DNA of 64,000 nucleotides from an uncultured Gammaproteobacteria bacterium (GCA_963976795.1 CAXBLT010000014.1:2314-66313), one strand, 5' to 3'; counted from the stretch's first letter, positions 32,456-44,309 are shown. Numbers and translations are program-made. The notes: generated by a model not told the origin, from the letters alone.

Positions 32456-33859
32456 ATGCAGGAATCGATACACACATCTATATCGAGTGATGCTGAGACA
32501 CTGGCATTAAAGATCCCGCCGCATTCCATAGAAGCAGAACAAGCCGTTTTAGGCGGCGCATTTCTAGATAAAGAAGCCTGGGACAAGGTAGTCGAACGCG
32601 TTCGCGAAGAAGATTTCTACCGAAAAGATCACCGGATTATTTTCCGAGCTATAAGCGCGCTTAGCGAAGATGGCCAACCTTACGATATTGTCACCGTTGC
32701 AGAATGGTTGGAAAATCATCAGTTACTTGATGAAGCTGGCGGTATGCGTAATCTTGCTGCTCTTGCTGAAAATACACCAAGTGCAAGTAATATTAGTGCT
32801 TATGCCGATATCGTTCGTAAGCGTTCCATTCTCAGACAGTTGATTAGTGCCACAACTGATATTAATGATACTGTATTTAATCCTCAGGGACGGAGTAGCG
32901 AACAGATACTCGAATTCGCTGAGCAAACGGTTTTTGAAATTGCCGAAAATGAAAACCGTGGGCGAAAAAGTTATCAAGAGATCAAGGAATACCTGAAAGA
33001 AGCATTGAATAGAGTGGATGAGTTGTTCCACAAAGATAGCCCTATAACCGGTATTGCTACTGGATATGAAGACCTCGATATAAAAACTGCCGGTTTTCAA
33101 CGTTCTGATTTAATTATTGTTGCTGGTAGACCCTCTATGGGTAAGACCGCATTTGCGGTAAACATCGCGGAGAATGCTGCGATTAAGGGACAACATAGTG
33201 TTGCCATTTTTAGTATGGAAATGCCGGGCGAACAGCTTGCCATGCGAATGATGTCCTCCTTAGGTCGAATTGATCAACATAAGGTTCGGACAGGAAAGCT
33301 GGACGATGATGATTGGCCGCGATTAACATCGGCGGTCGGTATGTTACAAGAAACGCGCATGTTCATTGATGACACGCCAGCACTAACGCCGGCTGAACTA
33401 AGAGCACGTTGCCGTCGTATATCAAGAGAACATGGGCTTGATCTTGTTGTCGTTGACTATTTGCAGCTAATGCAAGTTGCAGGTACAAATGAAAATAGGG
33501 CGACAGAAATTTCAGAAATTTCACGCTCCTTAAAGGCGATGGCAAAAGAACTTAAAGTGCCTGTTATCGCTTTGTCCCAGTTAAATAGAAGCCTCGAATC
33601 ACGTACGGATAGAAGACCTGTAATGTCTGATTTGCGTGAATCAGGTGCTATTGAACAAGATGCAGATGTCATCTTGTTTATTTATCGGGATGAAGTTTAT
33701 GATGAAGATAGTAATGACAAGGGGACGGCTGAGATTATTATTGGTAAACAAAGAAACGGCCCCATAGGGAAAGTCAGGTTATCTTTTCTCGGACAATTTA
33801 CACGTTTTGAGAATCTAGCAGATGATTACGTCCACAATCCTTCCGGGTTTTCTGAATGA
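32456..33859 (+). CDS. dnaB: replicative DNA helicase DnaB
   Basis: 467 aa, Walker A GRPSMGKTAF, no intein. Confidence 0.95.
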   Translation: MQESIHTSISSDAETLALKIPPHSIEAEQAVLGGAFLDKEAWDKVVERVREEDFYRKDHRIIFRAISALSEDGQPYDIVTVAEWLENHQLLDEAGGMRNLAALAENTPSASNISAYADIVRKRSILRQLISATTDINDTVFNPQGRSSEQILEFAEQTVFEIAENENRGRKSYQEIKEYLKEALNRVDELFHKDSPITGIATGYEDLDIKTAGFQRSDLIIVAGRPSMGKTAFAVNIAENAAIKGQHSVAIFSMEMPGEQLAMRMMSSLGRIDQHKVRTGKLDDDDWPRLTSAVGMLQETRMFIDDTPALTPAELRARCRRISREHGLDLVVVDYLQLMQVAGTNENRATEISEISRSLKAMAKELKVPVIALSQLNRSLESRTDRRPVMSDLRESGAIEQDADVILFIYRDEVYDEDSNDKGTAEIIIGKQRNGPIGKVRLSFLGQFTRFENLADDYVHNPSGFSE

Positions 33860-34935
33860 CACGACCATCCAGGGTTGTTATTGATAAACAGGCGCTGAAA
33901 CACAACCTCCAACGAGCACAGGAACTCGCTCCCAATTCAAAAACTATGGCGATCATCAAGGCCGATGCCTATGGTCATGGACTAGTCAGAGTAGCTAATA
34001 CGCTCAGTGAAGCAGATGCCTTTGGTGTTGCATGTCTGGAAGAAGCCGAACAGCTAAGGACTGCATCAATTACCACTCCCATAATCTTGCTTGAAGGGCC
34101 ACATAAAGCCGTTGATTTAACATCAATTGTTCAATTGCAACTTGAAATAGTAATTCATAATGAATTTCAATTAGATATATTAGAACAAGCAACACTAAAT
34201 GAGCCGCTTCAAGTCTGGGTAAAAATAGATACAGGTATGCATCGACTCGGCTTTCCTCTTGATGATGTTAAGGATATTTTAAAGCGTGTTACACAATGTA
34301 AAAACATCAAACCTGCTTTTCGATTGATGACGCACCTAGCGACGGCTAATGAACAAAATAATCCACTGACACAACAACAATTAGAAAATTTCAAACAGGC
34401 TTGTGGTGGTCTCGAAGCAGAAAAGACCATTGCAAACTCTGCGGCAGTGATTGCTTTTCCAGAAGCACATGCTGATTGGAATCGACCCGGGTTAATGCTC
34501 TATGGTGTATCTCCAATGGCCGATAAACATGCGCATGAACTCAGACTAAAACCGGTGATGACATTAGAATCAGAATTAATATCGATCCAACGATTAAAAA
34601 AAGGTGAGCCAGTTGGTTATGGCGCAACTTGGAGATGTCCAGAAGACATGCCTGTCGGTGTTGTTGCCGCTGGTTATGGTGATGGATTCCCGCGTCATGC
34701 CAAGTCCGGTACGCCAGTTCTTGTGAACGATGTTCGTTGCGCATTAATAGGCCGGGCCTCAATGGACATGTTGACTATCGATCTTAGAAGTCAACCGCAG
34801 GCTGAAATTGGTGACAGAGTCGTCTTATGGGGTGAGTCTTTGCCTGTAGAAGAAATTGCACAGTACGCTGATACCATTCCCTACGAATTATTATGTGGGG
34901 TGCATAAGCGATTGGAATTTATAGAACGTGGTTAA
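33856..34935 (+). CDS. alr: alanine racemase
   Basis: 359 aa, PLP-Lys motif AIIKADAYGHG. Confidence 0.9.
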   Translation: MTRPSRVVIDKQALKHNLQRAQELAPNSKTMAIIKADAYGHGLVRVANTLSEADAFGVACLEEAEQLRTASITTPIILLEGPHKAVDLTSIVQLQLEIVIHNEFQLDILEQATLNEPLQVWVKIDTGMHRLGFPLDDVKDILKRVTQCKNIKPAFRLMTHLATANEQNNPLTQQQLENFKQACGGLEAEKTIANSAAVIAFPEAHADWNRPGLMLYGVSPMADKHAHELRLKPVMTLESELISIQRLKKGEPVGYGATWRCPEDMPVGVVAAGYGDGFPRHAKSGTPVLVNDVRCALIGRASMDMLTIDLRSQPQAEIGDRVVLWGESLPVEEIAQYADTIPYELLCGVHKRLEFIERG

Positions 34936-36301
34936 GCCAAAAATTCAATTTCAATGTAATGAATGTGGTGCAGAGACACCGAAATGGGTTGGTCAGTGCC
35001 CTGAATGTATGGCATGGAATACACTTCAAGAAAGTTTAGTTGAAAAGAAAACGGTATCAAGTTCTAACCGCTTTCGTGAACATCTTGCCGGACCATCAGA
35101 AGTTTGCTCTCTTGATGCTGTTGAAATGTCAGAAACGCCAAGGCAAGCAACTGGATTAGCAGAATTAGATCGTGTTATGGGTGGTGGTCTTGTTAATGGT
35201 TCAGTGACATTAATCGGTGGTGACCCCGGCATTGGTAAATCAACCTTGTTATTGCAGACATTAGCTTGTTTGGATAATGCTTCTGGCATCCCAAGCCTGT
35301 ATGTGACAGGTGAAGAATCTGCGCAACAGGTAGGCTTGCGAGGCAAACGCCTAGGACTATCTTTAGGTTCATTAAGAATCTTAACCGAAAATCATCTTGA
35401 ACGAATCCTAAGCGTTGCCAATAAAGAAAAGGCTAAAGTGATCGTTATCGATTCAATTCAAACTGTTTATAGTGACATATTGCAATCTGCCCCTGGTTCA
35501 GTCGCGCAAGTAAGAGAATGCGCTGCGCAATTGGTCCGATTTGCCAAGCAAACTGATACAGCATTATTCTTGGTTGGACATGTTACTAAAGAAGGGGCAT
35601 TAGCAGGCCCAAGAGTATTAGAGCACATGGTTGATACGGTGCTTTATTTTGAAGGCGACAGTAGTAGCCGATTTCGTGTTGTCCGTACCGTAAAAAATCG
35701 TTATGGCGCGGTGAATGAACTAGGCATCTTTGCAATGACCGACAAAGGCTTGAGAGAGGTTTCTAATCCATCAGCAATCTTTCTATCACGCCATGACGAC
35801 AAAGTCTCCGGAAGTGCCATAATGGTTACTCGAGAAGGAACTCGCCCTATGTTAGTTGAGGTGCAAGCGTTGGTTGATCAGACACATCTAGGTAACCCCC
35901 GGCGTGTTGCACTTGGGCTGGAACAGAATAGACTGGCAATGTTACTAGCCGTGTTACATCGTCACGCTGGAATATCTATGAGTGATCAAGATGTATTTAT
36001 TAATGTTGTAGGAGGCGTGCGTATTGCCGAGACAGCGGCAGATCTACCTTTGCTGTTAGCAATAATTTCGAGCTATAAAAGTAAGCCTCTTCCGAATGAT
36101 ATGATAATGTTTGGTGAAGTTGGTTTGTCAGGCGAGATCCGTCCAGTTCAAAATGGATTGGAAAGATTAAATGAAGCAGCTAAGCACGGTTTTAAACAAT
36201 CTCTGATTCCAATAGCTAATAACCCTAAAGTGGCTATACCGAAGATGAATATTGAGACGGTGACGCATGTTTCCCAAGTGCTGGAAAAAGTAGGTTTGTA
36301 G
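34928..36301 (+). CDS. radA: DNA repair protein RadA/Sms
   Basis: 457 aa, N-terminal C4 zinc finger, RecA-like P-loop GDPGIGKST, Lon-like C-terminus. Confidence 0.95.
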   Translation: MVKPKIQFQCNECGAETPKWVGQCPECMAWNTLQESLVEKKTVSSSNRFREHLAGPSEVCSLDAVEMSETPRQATGLAELDRVMGGGLVNGSVTLIGGDPGIGKSTLLLQTLACLDNASGIPSLYVTGEESAQQVGLRGKRLGLSLGSLRILTENHLERILSVANKEKAKVIVIDSIQTVYSDILQSAPGSVAQVRECAAQLVRFAKQTDTALFLVGHVTKEGALAGPRVLEHMVDTVLYFEGDSSSRFRVVRTVKNRYGAVNELGIFAMTDKGLREVSNPSAIFLSRHDDKVSGSAIMVTREGTRPMLVEVQALVDQTHLGNPRRVALGLEQNRLAMLLAVLHRHAGISMSDQDVFINVVGGVRIAETAADLPLLLAIISSYKSKPLPNDMIMFGEVGLSGEIRPVQNGLERLNEAAKHGFKQSLIPIANNPKVAIPKMNIETVTHVSQVLEKVGL

Positions 36302-36302
36302 C

Positions 36303-36698
36303 TTAATTTTCACAGGTCATCATGTTTGCAATCTCGCGATCAAGTATATCTTCGTCACCAAGATTCAGCTCAACCAATCGCTTGAGAATTGACACACTCT
36401 TAAGATCAATACTGATGCATTGCAAGCCGAGGCTTTTATCTGCAACGTGAACTTGTTTAGTATTCATATTGATAATTGAGTCGTGACCTTCTAGTCCAAC
36501 AGAAATATTGAATTCTGCATTATTTGGGTAGCTCCAGTTGTCGGGCTTCGAGATAAGAACACCTTTCAGTGATATATCTATAAGGCTTGAACCCCAGTCA
36601 CCATCATTGCTGCGTATTGTTACAGGGGCGTCAAAGGCAATGCGGCTAAATCGACGCTTATCTGTGTAAGTGGGTTTGGTTTTCATCGTTGTCTCCAT
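36303..36698 (-). CDS. PilZ domain protein (c-di-GMP binding)
   Basis: 131 aa, RRFSR and DISLKG motifs. Confidence 0.65.
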   Translation of the reverse strand: METTMKTKPTYTDKRRFSRIAFDAPVTIRSNDGDWGSSLIDISLKGVLISKPDNWSYPNNAEFNISVGLEGHDSIINMNTKQVHVADKSLGLQCISIDLKSVSILKRLVELNLGDEDILDREIANMMTCEN

Positions 36699-36778
36699 CT
36701 ATCTGTATTGAGAAGAGCAGGCGGCCGTAGCCTATGCACTTGATACAGAAATAACAATGCAAAAATCAGACCCAGTGC

Positions 36779-38077
36779 TTACTCGTCGTTATTATTAAGA
36801 TTTTCTTCAAGCATCTTAATCCGCGCCATTTTTATTGAATTTTCAGATACTTGCGTAACCTCAATAAGATAATTATCGACCTTTAAGGTGGTGCCTGATT
36901 CGGGTATAAACTCCAGGTGTTCTAGTAAAAGCCCATTTAATGTTTTTGGTCCATCGGTTGGGAGGCTCCATTTTAATTGCCGATTTATTTCACGCAGATG
37001 AACCGAACAGTCAATCAGGTAGAAACCATAACCCTGTTTCTGGATATCAAGGTTATGAGTTTGCATGTCTGTCGTAAATTCGCCGACAATCTCCTCTAGT
37101 ATATCTTCCAACGTGACTAAACCCTGAATAACACCATATTCGTCAACAACTATCCCGAAGCGACGTTTATTACGTTGAAAATGCATCATCTGGGTATGTA
37201 ACGGTGTACCTTTGGGAACAAAATAACTATCGAACAGAATTTCTTTTATCGCTTCGTGGGTAAGCTCATTTTTATCAGCCATGATTCGGGCAATACGTCG
37301 TAGATGTATCACTCCGACAATATTATCGATGTTAGATTGGTATACTGGTAAACGTGTGTGTTGACAATGACTAAGCTGTTCTATTATCTCATTAATCGGG
37401 TCATCTAGATCTATCGCTGCAACTTCATTTCTAGGTACCATGATGTCATCAACAGTCACGTTTTCCAGTTCCAGAATATTAATCAACATGCGTCGATGTC
37501 TTTGTGGTATTAGGTGCCCAGCTTCCAAAACGATAGTTCTCAATTCTTCTCGTGATAGGGGGTCATCTCCTTGATCATTCAAACTGATTCCAATCAGCCC
37601 CAATAAGCCATTAGAAACCCAGTTTATAAGCCAGACTGCTGGATATGCCAATTTCATCATCGGTGCCAAGATATAACTTGCTGGAAAAGCAATAAGTTCT
37701 GGCTTAAGTGCGGCAATTGTTTTTGGCATTACCTCAGCAAAGATTAAAAAGACCATAACCAATACAATAGGTGCTAAGGCGACTCCTAAATCACCCAATA
37801 AACGTATTCCAACTAGCGTCGCTATCGAGGCAGCCATAAAGTTAACCAGGTTGTTACCCAGTAAAATAAGACCGATCAGACGGTCAGGCCTTGCCAGCAG
37901 TTTTTCAGATATAATTGCACTACGCTTCCCTTCTTTTGCCAGGTGACGCAGGCGATAACGGTTCAAGGCTATCATGGCAGTTTCCGAGCTGGAAAAAAAT
38001 GCAGAAAAAATGACCAGAAAGAATAGGGTTCCTAACAGAACCGATACCGGAATGTCGTCCAAAAATGATGACCTCAA
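36779..38077 (-). CDS. HlyC/CorC (CNNM) family transporter, DUF21 + CBS pair + CorC_HlyC
   Basis: 432 aa; matches E. coli yfjD position next to ypjD/ffh. Confidence 0.85.
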   Translation of the reverse strand: MRSSFLDDIPVSVLLGTLFFLVIFSAFFSSSETAMIALNRYRLRHLAKEGKRSAIISEKLLARPDRLIGLILLGNNLVNFMAASIATLVGIRLLGDLGVALAPIVLVMVFLIFAEVMPKTIAALKPELIAFPASYILAPMMKLAYPAVWLINWVSNGLLGLIGISLNDQGDDPLSREELRTIVLEAGHLIPQRHRRMLINILELENVTVDDIMVPRNEVAAIDLDDPINEIIEQLSHCQHTRLPVYQSNIDNIVGVIHLRRIARIMADKNELTHEAIKEILFDSYFVPKGTPLHTQMMHFQRNKRRFGIVVDEYGVIQGLVTLEDILEEIVGEFTTDMQTHNLDIQKQGYGFYLIDCSVHLREINRQLKWSLPTDGPKTLNGLLLEHLEFIPESGTTLKVDNYLIEVTQVSENSIKMARIKMLEENLNNNDE

Positions 38078-38241
38078 TTATGACTAGTGAGTATTGTGCT
38101 GGATCACCCCGTACCTATGTCAAGCATTGATTATTCGTGTTAACCAGCATTTTACGCCATTAGTATTCTAAAACTTTTCCCTGTTTAGTGTTAGCACCTA
38201 TGTTCGTGGTTATAACGGTTAATTATAGTTATATGATAGGT

Positions 38242-39048
38242 TTATACACGTTGAAGAACGACTTCCAGCACAAATTTTGAACCGAAGTAGGCGAGAACTA
38301 ATGCCGTAAAGCCGCCCAAAGCCCAACGAATAATTTGTTTTCCTCGCCAGCCAGCCGACCAGCGACCCCAAAGTAATATTGCGTAGATGATCCAGGCTGC
38401 CATCGACAACATAGTTTTATGTGCCAAGTGTTGGGCAAATATGTCATCAATAAACATTGTTCCTGAAGCAAGACTAAGGCTCAACATGAAGAAACCGGTG
38501 ACAATAAACTGTATCAATAATGCTTCCATCACCTGTAAAGGAGGGAGTGTATTCATGATGATTGCGACACGTTTTTCCTTAATCAGCTTTTCTTGCACGG
38601 CAAGCATAATAGCTTGAACAGCACTGATCATTAACAAACTATAGGCACAGATAGATAATAGGATATGAATACGTAGCCCTATAGGTAACGATTCATTCAG
38701 GATTCGACCACCCGGGATAGTAAGTTCGAGTACGATAGCCAGACCAGCGGCAGGTAATAATACCAAGAGCAAGTTTTCCAGGGGGAGTAACAGGGAGGAT
38801 AGTAGTACGATGAATGCGACAAGCCAGGTTACCAATGAAATCGCATTGAAAAACCCAAAATCAAAACCAATAGCTAAAATGATCGACTGATAGAGTAAAT
38901 GACCGTGTAAAACAATACCTATTGCACCTGATATTAGCGCGATTGTTCGCCTCTTGTTAAATACCTCTGACGAAGTAACTATTCTGATACCTAACAGGCA
39001 AGCCGATGTCAGGTAAAGTAATATAGCTGCAATAGCTTGAAGACTCAT
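38242..39048 (-). CDS. cytochrome c assembly family inner-membrane protein (YpjD-like)
   Basis: 268 aa, 8 TM, divergent from ffh exactly as E. coli ypjD. Confidence 0.8.
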   Translation of the reverse strand: MSLQAIAAILLYLTSACLLGIRIVTSSEVFNKRRTIALISGAIGIVLHGHLLYQSIILAIGFDFGFFNAISLVTWLVAFIVLLSSLLLPLENLLLVLLPAAGLAIVLELTIPGGRILNESLPIGLRIHILLSICAYSLLMISAVQAIMLAVQEKLIKEKRVAIIMNTLPPLQVMEALLIQFIVTGFFMLSLSLASGTMFIDDIFAQHLAHKTMLSMAAWIIYAILLWGRWSAGWRGKQIIRWALGGFTALVLAYFGSKFVLEVVLQRV

Positions 39049-39209
39049 AGTTCAATATTATCTATAGGGGTACGTGATGATTGCATATTCTGGCGATTGG
39101 TAGAAGTGCTGATTCTGTTGTAAACATGGGAATGATTTTTAAGTTATTGAATTAATAAGTTAGAATAACGAACTCTATAACTAAAATGAAACGATAAACC
39201 TGGAATACT

Positions 39210-40577
39210 ATGTTTGATGCTCTTTCCGATAAGTTAACCCGAGTCTTTAAAGATCTGCGTGGCCATGGCCGTTTAAGCGAAGAGAATATCAGTAATGGTC
39301 TGCGTGAAGTGCGTATGGCATTGCTTGAAGCCGATGTCGCCTTGCCGGTTGTACGTGATTTTATTCAACATATCCGTGATCGCTCGCTGGACAAAGAAGT
39401 CGTTACTAGTCTCACGCCTGGACAAGCGTTAATTAAGATTGTTAATGAAGAGTTGGTTGCGCTCATGGGAGAAAGCAACGAACCATTAAATCTTAAAGCT
39501 CAACCACCCGCAGTTATTCTACTGGCAGGATTACAAGGAGCAGGTAAGACGACCACTGCTGCTAAACTCGGCCGTTGGATTAAACAAAAAGAGAATAAAA
39601 AAGTCGCCGTAGTGAGTTGCGATGTTTATCGACCAGCGGCTATTAAACAACTACAGACTTTGGCGAATGAAAATGAATTAGTTTGGATTGAAAGTAAAGA
39701 AACTGAAAGCCCATCGGCTATAGCCACAAATGCAGTCGACACAGCCCGACGCCAGTTAATAGATGTACTTATTGTTGATAGTGCCGGACGTTTGCATATT
39801 GATGATGAGATGATGCAAGAAATTCAAACGGTCCATGATAAGGTAGCTCCTGTCGAAACCTTGTTCGTTATTGATAGTATGATGGGCCAAGATGCTGTTA
39901 ATGCCGCTGCTGCATTTAATAACGCATTACCGTTAACAGGCACTATCCTAACCAAGACTGATGGTGACGCACGCGGGGGTGCGGCATTAACCGTTAAGCA
40001 CGTCACGGGCAAACCAATTAAATTCATTGGAACTGGAGAAAAAAGTGACGCCTTAACACCCTTTCACCCCGAACGTATTGCGTCGCGAATATTAGGCATG
40101 GGTGATGTCCTAAGTCTAATCGAAGAAGTAGAAGAAAAAACAGATCAAAAAGAAGCGCTTAAATTAGCTAAAAAACTTAAGACAGGGAAAGCTTTTAATC
40201 TTGAGGATTTTCGTGAGCAATTAAATCAAATGGGTAATATGGGTGGTATTGCCGGGTTGATGGATAAAATACCTGGGATGTCACAATTGCCACCCGGTGC
40301 GGCTGCTCAAGTTAATGATAAGGAGTTTGTTAAGTTAGGTGCGATTATCGACTCAATGACACGCAAGGAGCGAGTCGATCCTGCGATTATTAATGGCTCA
40401 CGTAAAAAACGAATTGCAACAGGTTCTGGCACACAAATTCAAGACATCAATAAACTGTTAAAACAATTTAAACAAATGCAAAAAATGATGAAAAAAATGT
40501 CTGGCAAAGGTGGCATGGTAAAAATGCTGCGTGGTATGGGCGGTAATATGCCTCCGCCGGGCATGCCTTTTAAGTAA
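39210..40577 (+). CDS. ffh: signal recognition particle protein Ffh
   Basis: 455 aa, NG domain GLQGAGKTT, Met-rich M domain. Confidence 0.97.
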   Translation: MFDALSDKLTRVFKDLRGHGRLSEENISNGLREVRMALLEADVALPVVRDFIQHIRDRSLDKEVVTSLTPGQALIKIVNEELVALMGESNEPLNLKAQPPAVILLAGLQGAGKTTTAAKLGRWIKQKENKKVAVVSCDVYRPAAIKQLQTLANENELVWIESKETESPSAIATNAVDTARRQLIDVLIVDSAGRLHIDDEMMQEIQTVHDKVAPVETLFVIDSMMGQDAVNAAAAFNNALPLTGTILTKTDGDARGGAALTVKHVTGKPIKFIGTGEKSDALTPFHPERIASRILGMGDVLSLIEEVEEKTDQKEALKLAKKLKTGKAFNLEDFREQLNQMGNMGGIAGLMDKIPGMSQLPPGAAAQVNDKEFVKLGAIIDSMTRKERVDPAIINGSRKKRIATGSGTQIQDINKLLKQFKQMQKMMKKMSGKGGMVKMLRGMGGNMPPPGMPFK

Positions 40578-40579
40578 GA

Positions 40580-42823
40580 ATGACAGAAGATACCGACAAG
40601 TCCGCTCTAGATTATCATCGCTTTCCAAAACCCGGAAAGATTGAAATATCCGCAACCAAACCGCTAGCAAACCAGCGTGATCTCGCTTTGGCCTATAGTC
40701 CGGGTGTGGCTGAGCCGTGTAAGGCAATCGCAACGGAAAGTAGAATGGCGGCTGAATTAACCGCACGTTCAAATCTTGTTGCTGTTGTTACCAATGGCAC
40801 AGCAGTTCTAGGTCTGGGTGACATTGGCCCTCTCGCAGCAAAACCGGTGATGGAAGGGAAGGCGGTACTATTCAAAAAGTTTGCTGGTATCGATGTCTTT
40901 GACCTTGAAATCAATGAAAAGGATCCAGATAAACTGATAGACATTATTGCCAGTCTAGAACCTACTTTTGGCGGTATAAACCTGGAAGACATACGTTCGC
41001 CAGAATGTTTCCTGGTAGAGGGTAAATTGCGTAAACGGTTAAAGGTTCCTGTGTTCCATGATGATCAGCACGGGACAGCGATCATTGTTGCTGCAGCAAT
41101 GATTAATGCGCTTAAAATTGTTGGTAAAGATATCGCGAAAGTTAAATTGGTAACAACGGGAGCCGGAGCCGCAGGCATCGCTTGTCTTAAATTACTCGTT
41201 AAGCTGGGTATGAAAAAAGATAATATTATCGCCGTCGATCACGTTGGTGTTATTTATAAAACCCGTCGCGCTGAACAAACACCGCATAAACGTATGTTTG
41301 CTAGCAATACCAAGCTAAGAACACTCTCTGATGTAATGAAAGATGCAGATATCTTTCTTGGTCTATCAGGTCCTGGTGTTTTAAAACAAGAAATGGTCAG
41401 AAGCATGGCAGACAACCCGATAGTATTTGCTTTGGCGAACCCTATCCCGGAAATATTACCTGAAGAGATCAAAGCGGTACGTGACGATGCCATTATCGCG
41501 ACAGGGCGATCGGATTACCCTAATCAGGTTAATAATGTGTTGTGCTTTCCCTTCATTTTTCGTGGTGCCCTTGATGTTGTTGCAACTACAATTAATGATG
41601 AAATGAAAATCGCTATGGTGCATGCCTTGGCAGCTATGGCTACAGAAGAAACTCCTGAAACTGTTGTTGCAGTCTATGGTGGAGATGAACTCAAGTTTGG
41701 CAGGGAATATTTAATCCCTAAGCCTTTCGATCCTAGATTAATCGTTAAGCTTGCTCCTGCAATAGCGCAGGCCGCGATGGATAGCGGTGTTGCTACGCGT
41801 CCGATTGAAGATATGGAAGCCTATCGTCAGCATTTGTCACAATATGTCTTTGAGTCAGTTATCTTGATGAAGCCATTATTTGAGAAGGCGAAGAGTGACC
41901 CCAGGCGATTGGTTTATGCTGAAGGTGAACAAACAAAAATTCTGCACAGTGTTCAATCGGTGTTCGATGAAGGGTTGGCCAAGCCTATCCTTATAGGTAA
42001 TCCAGATATCATAGAGAACAGAATTAAATACATGGGTCTTCGTCTTCGACCGGGTATCGATATACAGATCGTCGATCCATCAGCGTATATGGATGAGATG
42101 AATATTAATTTTGATGGTATCTCAGAGATCAATACCTGTGTCGCGACCAAGATGGTTGAGCAAGGCGAAGCTGATGCCATAATTTGCGGTACCGATGGTC
42201 ATTTTCATGATCATCTGGCACATGTCATAAGAGAATTAGGGGTGAATGAAGAATATAAGCAAGCAGCAGCAGTTAATGTCTTACTGCTTAAAAAAGGCGC
42301 ATATTTTATCTGCGATACAGCCGTAACGCTTGACCCCACGGCCGAACAGATTGCAGACAATACTTTATTAGCCGCGAAAACGGTACAGCGTTTTGGATTG
42401 ACGCCAAAAGTTGCCTTACTCTCTTTTTCAAATGAAGATGATTCTGAAAGCAACCAGAAGATGATTGCGGCAATGGAGATAATCCATAAGCAAAACCCTG
42501 AATTAGAAGTACAGGGACCAATACGAGCAGACGCGGCATTGTTAAAAGATGTACGTCGGCGGGTATTGCCTTATTCAAAATTGGTAGAGAATGCAAACCT
42601 GTTGATTATGCCTAACCTTGATGCGGCAAAGATTGCGTATGATATGGTCAAAGTTTTAGGTGAGGCCGTATCTATTGGCCCGATACTGGTCGGCCTCAAT
42701 CATCCAGTACATATATTGACACCTTCATCAACGGTACGCCGTATAGTGAATGCGAGCGCTATTGCTGTTGTTGATGCACAGATTAAAGCGCATGAATCGC
42801 AGTCTTTGTTAGAAACAATTTAA
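40580..42823 (+). CDS. maeB: NADP-dependent malic enzyme (malic + PTA-like domains)
   Basis: 747 aa, two-domain MaeB architecture. Confidence 0.9.
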   Translation: MTEDTDKSALDYHRFPKPGKIEISATKPLANQRDLALAYSPGVAEPCKAIATESRMAAELTARSNLVAVVTNGTAVLGLGDIGPLAAKPVMEGKAVLFKKFAGIDVFDLEINEKDPDKLIDIIASLEPTFGGINLEDIRSPECFLVEGKLRKRLKVPVFHDDQHGTAIIVAAAMINALKIVGKDIAKVKLVTTGAGAAGIACLKLLVKLGMKKDNIIAVDHVGVIYKTRRAEQTPHKRMFASNTKLRTLSDVMKDADIFLGLSGPGVLKQEMVRSMADNPIVFALANPIPEILPEEIKAVRDDAIIATGRSDYPNQVNNVLCFPFIFRGALDVVATTINDEMKIAMVHALAAMATEETPETVVAVYGGDELKFGREYLIPKPFDPRLIVKLAPAIAQAAMDSGVATRPIEDMEAYRQHLSQYVFESVILMKPLFEKAKSDPRRLVYAEGEQTKILHSVQSVFDEGLAKPILIGNPDIIENRIKYMGLRLRPGIDIQIVDPSAYMDEMNINFDGISEINTCVATKMVEQGEADAIICGTDGHFHDHLAHVIRELGVNEEYKQAAAVNVLLLKKGAYFICDTAVTLDPTAEQIADNTLLAAKTVQRFGLTPKVALLSFSNEDDSESNQKMIAAMEIIHKQNPELEVQGPIRADAALLKDVRRRVLPYSKLVENANLLIMPNLDAAKIAYDMVKVLGEAVSIGPILVGLNHPVHILTPSSTVRRIVNASAIAVVDAQIKAHESQSLLETI

Positions 42824-42934
42824 AGATGCGCTGAGAACTATTTCCCACATTTATACAACCGTGTGTACGGTACTTTGCCTCCGCAGAAGGGGAATTAGCT
42901 TTTACTGCCAAAAAAATACTATTTTAAATAAATG

Positions 42935-43444
42935 TTAAAAATTAAATAGTCTTCTCTCGGGCTTTAACATGAAAATCGCCAGAATAGTCGCAAGAGCAAT
43001 ACTTGAGAAACAAATGAGGCTCCATTCAGCAATACTTAGACCGATAAATTGCCAGTGAACCTCAGCGCATTCACCAGAACCACTGAAGACCATTTTCAAT
43101 GCTTGTCCTAAAGGAAATACTTCAAGCATATATTCCAGTCCTGGGCCGCATTCAGGTACCAGTTCCGCTGGTAAATGTTGTAACCATGTTTGCCTGCCAG
43201 CGATGGCAGCACCAATCAAGGCAAAAATAATCAGCAGCATGTTGTATACAATCCGGAATATATCTGTGGGGTTGTGGATAGCCGCAATTAAAGCAACGAC
43301 AGTGATGGCTACGTAAGCTAACCGTTGAAACGCGCATAACGGGCAAGGTTCCAATCCTCTTACATGCTCTAGGTAGAGTCCAAAGCTGAGTAATGAGAGA
43401 CACGCGATAAAGAGAGCGATAAAGAATAGTCTTGAAGTCAGCAT
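42935..43444 (-). CDS. dsbB: disulfide bond formation protein B
   Basis: 169 aa, 4 TM, CPLC and periplasmic Cys pair. Confidence 0.9.
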   Translation of the reverse strand: MLTSRLFFIALFIACLSLLSFGLYLEHVRGLEPCPLCAFQRLAYVAITVVALIAAIHNPTDIFRIVYNMLLIIFALIGAAIAGRQTWLQHLPAELVPECGPGLEYMLEVFPLGQALKMVFSGSGECAEVHWQFIGLSIAEWSLICFSSIALATILAIFMLKPERRLFNF

Positions 43445-43595
43445 AACGTTATTATTTTTATTGTTGATTTTAATATGATTTTTTTAAAATTAATTATTAC
43501 CGAACATGTATTTAATCCAGCATAATATCGCGTAGAGACTAAAAATAAAAATCCATTCAAAAACTGCTTATCTATAATGTCGCTAAAAACCAACA

Positions 43596-44083
43596 ATGAT
43601 CGCTGTCAGGATCTTTGAGATCACCTTTCCTATCTTTGCGATAGTTGCAGCAGGCCTGTTTTACGCTAAGAAATATAGACCGGATATGGTGCTTCCCAAT
43701 CGTATGAATATGGATATATTCATACCTTGCCTGCTATTTAGTGTCTTGATCGAACGAGGTGGTATTTCTGGGCTATTTGGAGGTTTGGCGCTAGCAATTA
43801 CTTTGGTCATCCTGCTCTACAGAGGCGATTGCTGCCGTGCGCCGTTATCTTCCTTTGATACGGGAAGATGCAGAGAGCGCTTTTACGATGCTTGGGCGCG
43901 GCTATTTTGCCTGTGTTTATGACGATTTGGTCGAACTGGATATACAAATGCAATGTCTGCGATAAGCAGTTGAAAATGGCTAACCAGTCTAATGTGATTT
44001 GTCAATGGCCGACGGGGTTTTTGGGTATCGGGCCGGTGGTGGCAAGGGGCTCAAGAATGGGCGGCATATGTTGGGCTGCTTAG
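43596..44083 (+). pseudogene. decayed AEC (auxin efflux carrier / malate permease) family transporter remnant
   Basis: only ~70 N-terminal residues resemble AEC transporters; frame then breaks; remaining ~500 bp is conspicuously GC-rich (~50%) with scattered short ORFs. Confidence 0.4.
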
Positions 44084-44309
44084 GCCTGGTGTCGAGACAA
44101 CATTCCAGCGGCGGCAAGGATACTTTGTTAGGAATGGGTAAGTGCGGTAAGCCTATCTACACACGTTGTTAATTCACGGCGTGCGAACGGTGTATGGACT
44201 GCTCTATCTGGGAAATATTTTTCAGTTGGTAATTAATGGTTTCAATGATAAATCGGCGGTTCAGAGAAAGAGGAAATTGCAGCGTTTAATGAAGATCTGA
44301 ACCGTGCTC

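Noticed and set aside
43868-44083. 71-aa ORF called as separate gene
   Set aside because: Lies in the GC-rich decayed stretch continuing the AEC transporter remnant; interpreted as part of the pseudogene, not an independent gene.
44254-44306. Inverted repeat cggttcaga...tctgaaccg downstream of the REC-STK gene as terminator
   Set aside because: 9-bp stem with a 31-nt loop and no U-tract; not a convincing intrinsic terminator.
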